NCBI GenBank assembly: GCA_973895155.1
Contig: OZ316897.1
Span: 22,233,455-22,297,454, forward strand
Direction: 5' to 3'
Origin: Marsupella aquatica
Taxonomy: Eukaryota > Plantae > Marchantiophyta
DNA: 64,000 nt
Shown: positions 47,417 to 59,716 of the stretch, in pieces
Layout: every line of letters starts with the position of its first letter
Numbering within the stretch: the first letter of the stretch is position 1
Notes under the pieces: generated by a model
Told to the model about the DNA's origin: nothing
The model's input: the letters and a program-made list of their open reading frames with translations, nothing else
The model's database searches: none
Position numbers and translations under genes: made by a program

Positions 47417-50400
47417 GCTCCACGTGCTACCTGAATTTTCTTCAGCCCTCCTTTTGACTGTGGTCTGGGGGGGGATACAGAGGTTTACACCTCCACTACG
47501 TACATACCATCTCAGTTGCTTTTTCTTGGCACTTGTGAATGTGATTGGACTTTTTTCTCAGGATGTTGGTTGCTAGCAGCTTGCACATATGCATTGCCGG
47601 TGACTTGTATGTTTTCGATACACTATGGCTACGATACTATATGTCACGACATAAGAGAAAAACATTTTGAGCTGAGAGAAATATGTCAAGGAAAGAAAAT
47701 ATAGCAAGGTGAGAAAAAGATGTCATATAGAGAAAAAACATTCGGAGGTGAGAAAAATAAGTCAATGAGAGAAAAGATGGTGAGATGAGAAAAAGATATC
47801 AATATGAGGGAAAATGTTGAGGGTGACGAAAGATGTTGTGGTGAGATAAAGATGACCAGGTGAGTAAAATATGGCAAAATGAGACAAATATAATATATAT
47901 GTTGAGGTGAGAAAAGATCTCAAGGTGAGGAAAATATGTCAAGATGAGGAAAGATCTTGAGGTGAGAAGATCTTAATATGAAGAAACTATGTCAAGATGA
48001 GAAAATATTTTATCTATATTTTATTTATATTTGAAAATATTTCAAAAAAATCAGAATTTTTAATTTATGAATAAATTTAATTAAAATTTGATTAATTTTT
48101 TCAATTGTGGCAGGTATGGGAAGGTTAAAGGGTAGCTTGGGCAGGAACTTGTTTTTAGAAGGGGTGTATGGATAGATCTTAAAGTGTGGAAAAAATTATG
48201 TTTTGATAAACATTCAAGATTGATTGTCGCTTTTTTGTAGTTTGTAAAGGGACCCGATCAGGATTATAGTGGTACATGGTAAAGGGAGGCCTCCTTGATA
48301 CTCTTGCATTGCTAGAGACCCTCCTTATTTTTTTTACTATTAAATTCATTTTGTGCTTGGAAACATTGCTCTCCATTTTCATTCACAAAAGAAATCATTC
48401 TTTCATGTTTTTCATGTTTGTAACATATAACTCTTGCATTGCTTATAATGTTATTGCATTGATTATAGTAGTCTTCATTCTTTCATGTTTATCATTCTTT
48501 ATTTTCATTCTTTATTTTCATTCTTTATTATAGTAGTCTTTCATTCTTTCATGTTTTTCATGTTTTTCATTGTTTTTATTATAGTTTTTGATATGATCTT
48601 TGTAATCTAACTTATTTTTAATTAACTTATTTTAATTAAATTACTATCATTATTATATTTTACAATATTGTAATACTTACAATAATATATAGTGTAATGT
48701 ATATTATGTATTTTTGTATTTCATGTGTATAACTCCTTGATACCCATGCATGTACATTCACTCTCTTGTTTTGTGTGCCCCATTGGTTCTAGCATTGGTT
48801 CCCTACTTTTGTGTCTCCTATTTGATTCCCCGTTTGTTTGGAATGTATTTATTATTTTTTGGTGCACACTGTATTTAACATAACCTTTATTCCTTCTTTT
48901 TGACATGATTAATATTTTTCGGACATTACAAATTTGAATGAATACCACTTCATAAAAAGGCGCAACCTTGTATTATAGTTTAGTATATTAACAAGGGATG
49001 GTGGGCTATAATAACCGGGAGCTATACTGTAGCTCCAGTTTCGAGATGCTGTTATTCCCCATGCAGGACAGTAATACACTTAAATATGCCTACAAGAGTT
49101 TTAATGCTTAGTAGAAATAGAGAAGTTTTGTATTGTCCCCATCCAAATATCAATGTTTGGGAAGATAATGCTGCTCACTAAAGTAGACTGTTCCCCTATG
49201 CTTCTAACTGTTTCCTAATGCAGAGCCTTCGTTAGAGGACAAGGTCCCAACGGTGCAGCCGTGGCAGAGCAAAATGTTACAGATAGGCCTGATAATTAAA
49301 GTGGTTTTTCATAAATGGGCAGCTAACTCTTTCTCCTTGACCCAGGGCCACTTGTAAAATAAAGGAGAAGTTCATTAAGAGGGCCCCTCTTGCATCTTTA
49401 GGACTTGATGGACATCAAAGATGGATTGAATACTTAACTAGACCCTTATGATGGTGAAGCTTTGTAAGTTCTAGAAACAAAGCCCAGAGAGACATGGCAG
49501 TGTGGTAGTTCACTTGAGTAGTGACTCATAGGTATTGGGTTCAAAAATTGTGACTGACTAATCCCTTTCTGTGGAGTTTTACAGATTTCCCCTTAAAATT
49601 AAAAATTTTTAATTTTAAATAAAACTTCTAGAAACAAAGTAGCAGCAAAAATTTGAACTTAGTGGAAGTTGGGTCCTTCTCCATTACACAGGGCACCACT
49701 GCTGCTACTCCTGGTGCAATTAAACCTGCAGAATTTTATTGGGTGACAGAATGAACTCTGTCTGAGATGATAACATATTGTTGGGTTGACCTCAGATGTT
49801 CAAACTTCCTCCTGACTGGGAAAGTTGGGACTTCTTGCCAGTCATGTTCAACTCTCAATCTGATGAACTCCGGTAAAACTTTCCCACAAACTACAATCTA
49901 CACTTCGGCCCTTACTCTTTTTTTATTTGCAATCCATGATTTTGGCTCTTCAATATATAGAGTTGACCAGTGAGTCCCAAACCCTGACAAAGTGGATTTT
50001 GTATGCATCTCAACTTTGCAATGAAAACTGTGCATGCATCTCTGGGGCGCTAGGCTAGTAGTAAATAATCACTTGAATGTGTAAAGTGGCAGTGAATCAC
50101 TAAAGTTATTTTGAATTTGTTGCATCTCGATCGTCCATGTGCATCTCTCCCAATTACACTTCCCCGTCCCCACCTTAATTCCTATTAGTTGTAGGGAGGA
50201 AAAGAGGAACATCCCATAATTCCAGCCACAGTTCCAGCCCTGCCAAAATAAAGCCCTTACATACCCACCTTCCCCTTTTCCAGTTCTAATTTTAGTAACA
50301 TATGCATTGAAAAAGTTTGGCATAGCACCTAGTACACAAAACACATTCTTTACTCTAAAAATGGTTATTTTCTCATCCTTTATTCCCACCTTTATTGAGT

Positions 50401-52776
50401 TCATTGATGTTTCACTTTTGCACTAACTCACAGTGGTGTCAGCACATTGCAGGCTGGGTTTGCAAAGTAAAGCTAGGTGTTTGCTTTCATTTGCCTCTTA
50501 CACAGCCTTTTACTCGTGATCCATTCAGACAATTAGTTTCGGGTGGATACAAATGAACTGCTTTCATCTAATTGGTTTAATGAGGGTCATGACAAAGTTT
50601 CCCTGCCCCCCCCCCCCCCCCCCCCCACTCCCAGTAAAAAATCTCTACCCCCCTGTGAACTACCCCCCTTTGTACCCCTTGTTATTATTTTTGTAACGTT
50701 AAAAATTTACCTTGTTACTTAGAAAAACCAACATTTTGGCAATACTTTATACCCTTCAGATAGTTATAAAATATAGGTTTGTTATATTTTATATAAGCCT
50801 CATTAGTTACATTTTCTTCGTTCAAAGAATATGATTTACCCCAATGTACCAAATACTTCCAGTGCTAATGCATGCACTTTATTGATAATACTATTTGAGA
50901 ATAACAAGTAGTCATATATGTCTATTTGGCAACATGATAGAAATAACAAAATACAATCTCCTCCCTAATAGAGGAAATATAATCGGCTTCCCTAGACTCA
51001 AACCTGATGACATCCTAAAATCCTAAAACCCTACAACTGAGCATATGTACAACCTTGCATAGAACTTGGGCCACAGATCTATAATTGGAGGACCCCAATC
51101 TTCTCTCCCCCTTGGATTCAATGGGCAGGGATTAGCCCCAACTTACAAAGGCATACCAAAAGGCATTGATAGACACATGTATCTATTAGATGATGCCATG
51201 TGTACCACTAAGATGATGTCGTGTGGCATAGATGATTATATACCCCCTTCCCAAAACCAAATGGGAGCATAATATCATTGGCCCTTCCTTATTTAGAAAG
51301 TGACATTCGCATATAATTGCAGGTTGTTTAGTTACAAGCAAATTCAAAAAATTACCTCAATATGAATAAAATTGACACTTGAATTGTTCTCACGTCCAAC
51401 CCGTTTTACCTAAGAGTGGGGCCCAGGGCAAAGTTTTGGGAAATCCATATTTTCAAATTTGGATAGTTAGTCTTAAGAATACACAACACCATAAAACATC
51501 TCAGCTCAAGTAAAGCTGACACAACAGAGTTATCCCTGAAAAACTCTGATTATTGATGCAACTTAGGATGGTAACATACCCAGTTAGCACAGAAACACCA
51601 CCATGAAAACTTAAAATAAGACTCAAACTTAAAATACTGTCAGTTCAATGTGCACATTGTCATTAATCATGAACATCTGATCTCACTCATTCATACATCC
51701 CAGAAATTTGAAGGTTTATTTGTGTGTATAGTTTTCCCTGTGTTTGTTGCTATGGGCATTTGAAATTTATTGTCTAACTGTTGTTGGTGGTCTTGAGTCA
51801 AACAGACCTGGTGTGTTTGTCAATTGTTGCAAAAATACTGCAAAAATACAGATCCCTGTTTTTGATGGAAAATGCTGGCATGGCCACACATGGAGCCAGG
51901 CCATTTAGAAGGCACTTTTTATGGGGTCCCTCAAGAAAAAGAAAAGGACCAAAATGGACAAAAGGAAAGGATTGGGAAGAATTAATGGAGAAGCCCATCC
52001 TGCTGGACTGAGCCTCAGAATCATGCAAGCAAATTAATCCACAGTGTCACTTTCACTAAGTCTGTTGTATTCGGTTTACTCACAAGCATTACAGGAAGGC
52101 TAGTCTACAAACTAGTTTCCACATCTCATACACATTCAAGCCAAAGTTTTAAATTATCCTAATTAATATGTAAAACACTCGCAAGAACAAAGGTCGCTAA
52201 ATCCGGAGATAGTATAAATTTCGGTGCATGCAGAGGCAAGAAGTTACATATAATAGTAAAGGGGAGAAAACAAAAATAAACTGATCACATAAAACCAAAA
52301 AGCTCCATGAGCCAAAAGGCCCTAAACAAACTAAACAAACGAACTACAGTTCAGTTGAGCCCTATAAGTTCTCCAAATTAACAAACAACAATGTCGACTA
52401 CCTGTGGACCTCTGAGTGCTACCTACAACCAGGCAGACTTATTCTATGAATTGGAAGCATTATAGATGCCTCCATATCAAATAACGAAGAAATACCGTTA
52501 GTCTCAGCAGCAGCCTTACATTTATAAGTGCGAAGTACTGCCTGGATTGGGGAATTCCTGTATCCCTGCTGAGTCTAGCTAAGATGGCACTTTCACAACA
52601 AATTTAGGCTTGATACCCAATGCGTGTACGGGAATGTAGTGCCCCCAAGTTTGGACAAAGTGTATCTACACCAAGCTTCACTACAAACTATGCGAATCTG
52701 GGAATCCGCCTGTCGGCCAATGCTCCAAGACAGAAGCCAATTCGTCAATCGTGTAACGTCGACCAGATTGCACTGT

Positions 52777-53772
52777 CTACCAGGTTAAGGTGACATTGTT
52801 CTTCATCGCAACGGACTGCTTGACCTTGTCTATTTCCTTGTTGTTGCCATTGATGCCGAAGGCCGTGCTGAGAACATTGTCGGGGAGACCTTTGCCACCG
52901 GCGGTGAAGAGAGCTTTGGCAATCAGGAGCGTTCCGGGGTTCTCACTGGAGAGCGCAGAGAAGCCTGAAGCCGGTGTCTTACCATTATTGCGCTGCCAGT
53001 GCAAAGTACCCTTGGGAAACACAAAGATGTCGCCCGCCAGCACGGTTGTCTCGAATAGCTCGTTTGCAGTATCGACAAATCCCACGTCAAGTGCCCCTGA
53101 AACAAAAATCAACCACAGGAATCACCACTTCAGTCTTCGTTATAATTAGTCATCACTGGGAAAAGCGGGGTTCTCAACATGTTTGAGCGTACCGAAGCAT
53201 AATTTTTTTCTAGCACGACGGCACCAACAGCTCGTCACATCATCTAACGATCCTAATGAAACACAGCTGCAGGAAATTAAACGCGCTAAGTGCGACCACT
53301 GACGAGCCTCCGGTCCGTCAGCACGTAAGAAATGCAGGACTTAGTTTGGTTACATTAAAAAATTCCAGTTAAAGGAAATGCCATTGATTCGGATTCCGGA
53401 TTATATTGGCATGCACACGGCTTAGATCCATTACTTGCAGTGTCATAACGAATTTTTCGGAACTGTACCTGAAAGAACGTAGAACACTTCGGTTGCACGA
53501 GGATGAGTATGGGGATCAATCTGCGACTCTGCGCCGAACTCGAACAGCACAGCTGCAAGGCCCAGCCCGCTGAGTCCTCTGATGGCGGCTCCGGTGGGCG
53601 CCGCTATTCCCTTGCCTAACGTCTGAGGGTTGCGGAATCCCTTGAAAGTAAAGTCGTTCACGGTCGGGTTGGTGACATTGAAATCGGTGGTGAGGTCGGG
53701 ATCACTCGCAAGAGCTGTGTGCACCATCAGTGTGGACACCAGCAGTCCCAGAATGAACAAGAATTTCGCCAT
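52777..53772 (-). CDS. Germin-like protein copy 5, 207 aa; exons 53772-53469 and 53096-52777
   Basis: Same motifs and exon sizes as copies 2 and 4; GT-AG intron 53468-53097. Confidence 0.95.
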
Positions 53773-55490
53773 GGTGTATCGGTTGATTCGATTCCCGCGT
53801 GTTGTTCTAATTCCGTTCGCTCCGATGTGATCAGAATTCAATTAATTGCACGTGGTCGACAGTTTCGGCAGGCTAGCGAAGAAGCACTCAGGCATGCAAA
53901 CAAGTCCGAAAGCTTTCAGTGAGGTGCTAAAAGGATAGATTTCGCAAGTCGAAGATCCGGTTCCGTTTGAGTCGTTTGAACAAGGACAACGGTATTTATA
54001 GGAATTGAGTGAGGGGAATTGGCTGAGGAGAGCAGTTCCTCGTAGAGAAAGGCAAGTCTGTTTGACAAAGTCAACAAGTGAGGACAACGGTGAGATACTT
54101 AGAAGAAGGCTCCACGGCTTCAACCTTCCTCCCGCCTCGCCCGACAGGCCCGGTCTTGTCTGGGCTGGGTCATGACTTGGTGAACGGACGAGCAGGTTGG
54201 CTTGGTTGGAAGGTCGATCGCCCACTTCGAACTTTGTACAATTAACGGCATTACACATTGTACCCTTGGCTGAAACGAGATTCCTCAACGTACAAGGGGT
54301 CCGTGCCTCCGTGCTTCTGAAGCGAGGACAAAATTATTGAAGTGGCTAGCAGATCCAAGTGAAAAGTGCATAAACGGAGCCTCTTTGTGCGACAAATCTG
54401 CGCGTTGTACATGCATGCAATAGTACGTACATCATCTTACTAGTTAAGTGCGAACTGCAGCCAACTGTTCACAAGCTCGGGTCTAGAGTGCGGGGTGCGG
54501 GTGAAAAGTAAGGGTGAGCCACTGCAACGTAATAGGGTTGGAAGAAGAAGCGGCGGATCTGGCACTTGAAACACAAGGGAGCTCCGTTGCTGCGTTGGAA
54601 GTGGATCGGCGATGGTACATGGAAAAGCAGGGGGTGGATCAGCGATGGTGCATGGAAAAGCAGGGAAGCGCACGTGAATGAAAGCCAGGGAAGTCCGAGA
54701 TCAGCTGCATGATCGACTGGCCTTTTAATTTTGCGCTGTCATTGATTTTGAATTTGCGTAAGTTGACTGCGTATAAGGATTGATCGACGTTTTGCAGTTT
54801 TCTCGGGAGCGGCATTTCCTCTCAGCAGAAAGGCAAGGACCGCAGGGCCAACTTCCTACGTTTGGTAATGTAGCTAAGAACTTCCTGCTCTTCGCTGCTG
54901 CAAATACTTCCAAGCTCAATCCACCACCTCCGAGCCTTATCGAGTGCTTCTTAAACGGCGTGCTTTGAGCTCGGTTGCCTGGCCGTTGTCCTGTTCGATT
55001 TCCCACCATTTGCGCCGTTGCCCTGTCTCTGATTTCCCACCATCAGACCTGCTCTTCATGGTAAGAGAGAGTTGCTGTCTGCACGCTCTCACAGGATTTG
55101 AATTTGGACAGTGAAAATCTGGAATTTACGATCTGCTGCAGGGATCTGGGAGGGACTCCACCTGTTGGCCTCGAGGATATCATCTACTCCCTTCTTCATT
55201 ACCCACATCACGTTTTGGCCTCACCCGGTGCTGTTTTCGTCACTACGTCATTCTGGTGGAGCAGGCATTCCCTTGACAAATTCCAACATCTCATATTTTT
55301 CAAGACGTAAGTAACATCGCCTCCCCCAAGTTCGAGCTCCCCTGAAGCTAGGGGATTCCGTCAAGAAGGTCTTCAATAACACCGCCACCGATAATAGAGC
55401 TGCTCGATAGATAACGCAGAGTCTTCTTACCAGACTGCTAATTCTGAGATGCTAAATCGGGGTAGAGCGAGCTCTAAGTGAAACTATTAG

Positions 55491-55738
55491 CCACTCCAAA
55501 ATACGTTGGAAATTGTTCCTCGACAGCTATACGAGTGCTCCGAAGCTGGATCTAAATACGTTGAAAATTGTTCCTCGACAAGCTATACAACTCCGGAGGA
55601 GCTAGGAACGCAATTATCCACTCCTGAATGTTGCAAATTGTTACTCGACCAGCTATACAGGAGGAGCTAGGAAAGCAATTAACCACTCCTGAATCCGTTG
55701 CAAATTGTCCACGCCAAGCTATACAACTCGGTGGAGCA
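55491..55738. repeat. Degenerate tandem repeat, about 4 units of 55-65 bp
   Basis: Recurring CCACTCC..AAT.CGTTG.AAATTGTT.CTCGAC.AGCTATAC...GGAG.AGC. Confidence 0.7.
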
Positions 55739-58714
55739 GCCAAAAGTCCGAGTCAGATCGTAAGATTTGTTTGTACATAGTCTAAGGTTGAGGTTCAGTT
55801 ACAATGAGTTTTCAAAATAGCACGGAACTGACTGAGCGCTGAGTGTAATGAAGTACAGTACTGAACTTGCTCTCTGTTCGCTTGAGTTGATCAGTGCGAA
55901 TGAGCTTACATATATTCATAGGGAGCACTCTGTCTCTGAAGTTGCCCGAGAATGGCACAACTATTCTCCCTTTCAGCGAAAATAGTTGAGGCTACTTCCC
56001 GATTCGAAATGCTGAGCGCTGCTTGGCCACTTGCCTGATTAAGCTCTCAACCACAGAAATTCAAAGCACCTGTTTGCCATAGAGCAGAATGGAGACTCGG
56101 AAGACCCTGTATTGGTGCTGCAGAGAAAAGATCTAACAGGAAGGAAGCAGATTAAAAAAGGAATGCCAAAACTCTGAATTTCTTGGACTGTCTGCCAATT
56201 ACGGATTCTAGCAGCACCAACAAATCTTTGCTACTCGAGAAACATACTTTGGAATCTTTCCTGTCTCTCAAAATATCAGATGATAATCGTCGTGAGGCCT
56301 AATTGCCCGGTCCTCAAGATGTCTGGCGCAGCCACTGCCTTCTCATAGGGCCCCATGTTGGAACGCACCCAGCTGCCATCTATCTCTACTTGCGTTTGTC
56401 ATCATCGGAGAAATTAATCGTGATGGCGTCTAATTTGTCTGTTTCTCTCAGATTACTTTAGCTATTGTCCTGAGTTTTTTTGGTACTGAGTCTTTTTTGT
56501 CTTCTGCATTTTTTTGTCCTCACCTCTATTGGCGTTGAAAGAACGGGTAATCGGAGCTATTCTCTCATGTAACGTAGACTATTGAGTCTCGTGTCAGGCA
56601 GATCGAACGGATATGGAAGTTGATGGGCAAAGGCATGAAACTAACAGACATTGAGTTTTCCTCGAAATTGCCCTGACTCACCGTCCCGTCAACAAATTTG
56701 ATTCATAGCGTTTTCAACATTTTCAACTCAGCACAGACAGATTATGTTGACACAGAATGACTTCCAAGGAGACAATGAGGTCAAGCCTGATGTAGCTACC
56801 TGGAAAGATACGTAGTATGAAGCACAAATGGATTTCCCTCTGTTCCCCACGGGAAATCCAGTTTGTGAAGGGGTGTTGCGCCAGCCTTCTGATCGGCCAC
56901 TTCGGGATCTGATTGGGTATCCAGATGGTTCGATACTTTCAGATCAGCTACTCCTCAACTCATTCAGCTCGTAAATATCAGCGTTGGGCCTTTTCTTTGT
57001 ATGTTCAGTCCTCTCATTTCCTCTACAAATTGTAATGTCGCCATTCAAATCGACGAGCTTCATTACGTACTCCAGCTACTCAGTGTACTCTACGAATTAC
57101 TCCGTCTTCAAACCAAGTCCCTCAGTTCCCCATGGGGAGTTTTCAGGTCACAGCTTGACAGTCAAGCAATCGCATGCATCTTAGCCACCTTTTCATTCAG
57201 ATTGATCGTTTGCTATTTTTCTCTTTTCTTTGGCCCAAAGGCACGAGGTGCGACATACCCCTCGGGTCCATGCGTTACTTTGTGATCAGACGGCGTTCAT
57301 TTGTACCAACACACTTCAGGAGGCGGTATGATAGCGGCGCAGGAATTGCTTGAACCAAAAAGCTGAGTCCTTAGCGTATCGCTTCAAACTGTCACTGCGG
57401 TCAACATACATAGTTGAGACGGTCAAAGAGATGCGTGTAGCCAGATATCCACTCATAACAGTCTAGTACTCAATACTGCCCAGGCAAAATAGCCCCTTAC
57501 ATCTGCCCCTTCCCTGAACCCAAACAAACACCGGATATCATTAGAGATTTCAAGCAGAGGAAGATTTCACATGGACTCCGAATAACTAAGGAAGCTCGCT
57601 TACGATACAGCTCAAGCAAACCTTCTCCAGTTCGTGTCACACAACTAGTGACAATAACCTCACGAGTTGGGAGGAAACACTGTGCATTGCTTACTGTTAA
57701 CTTAATCATTCGCTTGACAGACACTTCACCTGGGTCCATTTCTTAGTCTGGCACATCTCTAAATTTCTATTTCTTTGCCATCTCACAATCTGTATGTATG
57801 GACTTCAAAATTATTGAGCTAGTTCAATCCTTGATTCCCATATGTCGATTGAGTTGAAAGATCCGTTCTTTGATTTCAAAACCTGACTTCAGCAATCTCG
57901 CCCCTACATGAGTGTTGGCGCAAGAACGTTTAAGATGTAGAGTCAATAATGAGATGAAGACCCTTCAGTCCGGCCAAAGAATTGGTTTGCCTTTCTAGGT
58001 CCCCGCAAACCTTTGACATCTTCAATGTTCAAACACTGGTGCTTCGCCAATTGGGCCAAGGATTTAGTTTGGAAGTAAATGTGTACATTAATTTAATGTT
58101 AGATCGTTTTATTGTGAAGAGTTTTCGAAGGCCTCTGGCAGGCTTCGCACCACACCAACTGAGTTCAAGATGGCCTAGTTACTATTCGAATTTTGAAGTA
58201 AGTTTTCACAATACCAGAACTTCAAGCGACTAATGCAGACAGCCCCAGAAAGGTTCGGCCAGGAAGGGAACTTTGTAGCAAGATTCGACTTCAAGGTGAG
58301 CTCGGGGGTGAGCTCGACAAGTATCCGTCAGCAAGCTCATTCGCGTAGCCTCAGCTGTCAATTGAATTCAATTCGTAGAGTCAAATCTGATAGAAAACTT
58401 CCAAATTGGATACATGGTATCATGTTCACGTACATCCGTCCAGCATTGTCAGCTGCGACTTCAATTCTATTCCCGATAAACGTAAAACTAACTCCGATAG
58501 ACGATGACCAAATTGGGCATCTGTCATCATGTCCGTGTGGTGCATTCAACAGCTTTCGATTGGCATTAAGAATGAAGATACATCTGATAAGGAACGTCTG
58601 TCACTGCAATTCTGCAATGATGATGACTTATAGAAAAGAGTGGCCCGGCCTACTCACATCACAACCATAGACCGACCACTGGCAAGGCATTCGATTCGAT
58701 GACACATTCTGCTC

Positions 58715-59716
58715 TCAAGCCAAACCGACCATCTTTAATGAGTCGGTCCACAAGTGATCCTCTTTTTCCTCGTCGTAAGCATGCTCTGCATACCCAGGAT
58801 CGCTGATCGCACTCTCCTCCTTTACCGGCAGGCTAACCTGCACATCCTCCAAATACTTGCCTCCTTTCCCCTCCCACTCCTTCCCCACAGCCGCCCAAAC
58901 GGTCGTCGCAGCCCCCTGCTCCGTGCTCTTCGTAATAGCCTCAATCCCGGGCGAGTTCAAGGCTTCCTTCAAGTCCTCTGGCAAATAGTTCGCCAGCGGC
59001 GTCCGGATGCACCCCGGGTGCAGGCTCGTCGCGTGAAGGCCCTGCTGCCCGAAATGCCGATCGATGTAATTGGCCATATAAATGTTTGCCGTCTTGCCTT
59101 GCGCATATGCGAGCATGGGATTGTAGTCTCCTGTTTTGAAATTGTAGTCGTCGAAGCGAATGCCAGTGAGGCGATGGCCGGAAGATGCGACTGTGACGAC
59201 GCGCGAGTTGAACTCCGGCATAGAAGAAGCGAGCAGACTGGGTTTGAGGAGGTTGAACAGCAGGAAGTGGCCGAGATGATTGGTGCCGAATTGAGTTTCG
59301 AATCCGTCCACAGTTGTTGTTCCGGGGGCGGGGATGCCCATCACGCCTGCGTTGCACACGAGGACGTTGATCGGTTTCTCGGCGGTCTTGGAGAGGAACT
59401 CTGCTGTTGCGGCTCGAACGCTCTCCAGGGAAGAGAGGTCCATGGACAGGAGCTCGACGCGGCCGGGCTCGAGGAAGTCCGCTAGTGCCGTCTTGCCCTT
59501 GTCAATATCTCGTACCCCGCAGTACACCCTCGCTCCTGTGGTCGCGATGGCACGAGCAGTCTCGACTCCAATTCCTGAAGAGCAACCGGTTATTAGGAAG
59601 GTTTTGTTCTTTAATTTGCCTTCCAGCCCCTCGTCCTGGATGATTTGCAGAGCGGTAGGACGGGCGTCGCCTGCTCCCTGAGGATTCACATGGACTGCTG
59701 CGTATTTGGGTGCCAT
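58715..59716 (-). CDS. Short-chain dehydrogenase/reductase, 333 aa, intronless, copy B
   Basis: TGCSSGIG, CNAG, YAQGK motifs; close paralogue of 15445-16446. Confidence 0.93.
   Translation of the reverse strand: MAPKYAAVHVNPQGAGDARPTALQIIQDEGLEGKLKNKTFLITGCSSGIGVETARAIATTGARVYCGVRDIDKGKTALADFLEPGRVELLSMDLSSLESVRAATAEFLSKTAEKPINVLVCNAGVMGIPAPGTTTVDGFETQFGTNHLGHFLLFNLLKPSLLASSMPEFNSRVVTVASSGHRLTGIRFDDYNFKTGDYNPMLAYAQGKTANIYMANYIDRHFGQQGLHATSLHPGCIRTPLANYLPEDLKEALNSPGIEAITKSTEQGAATTVWAAVGKEWEGKGGKYLEDVQVSLPVKEESAISDPGYAEHAYDEEKEDHLWTDSLKMVGLA

Larger units (their letters stand above)
41044..47434 (+). pseudogene. pol: Rest of the gag-pol polyprotein of the DNMT retroelement, with several stops and frameshifts
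   Basis: Zn knuckles CNYCGNPNHKANEC and CDFCGKVGHLEAVC; protease LDTGA; RT DLRQGFNQ/MPFGLKNAP/YIDD; RNaseH HTDWS/TDHQPL; integrase H-H-C-C and DDE. Lesions: stop 42572-42574, frameshift ~44785, stop 45459-45461, frameshift ~46030, stops at 46511 and ~46672. Confidence 0.92.
24758..47651 (+). mobile_element. Ty3/Gypsy-type retroelement encoding a C5 DNA methyltransferase and a PHD finger; about 9.3 kb without the nested element; no LTRs detected
   Basis: Ends TGTCATG...CACGACA flanked by TAAG (24754-24757 and 47652-47655); domain order gag-PR-DNMT-RT-RH-IN-PHD; G-run at 47467-47474. Confidence 0.85.
23904..48985 (-). mobile_element. Non-autonomous Helitron-like element (about 2.2 kb of its own sequence: 23904-24757 and 47656-48985), split by nested retroelements
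   Basis: The paralogous empty site TTATTTTAAA|TATTGACAAGG near 7040 shows insertion between A and T with no TSD; subterminal hairpin-like CCCGTGCATTGCAC at 23915; internal tandem repeats. Termini deviate from the canonical TC...CTRR. Confidence 0.6.

Noticed and set aside
50606-50626. Poly-C tracts (also 8382-8394) as G-quadruplex regulators
   Set aside because: Simple homopolymers of variable length in paralogous spacer DNA; no further evidence
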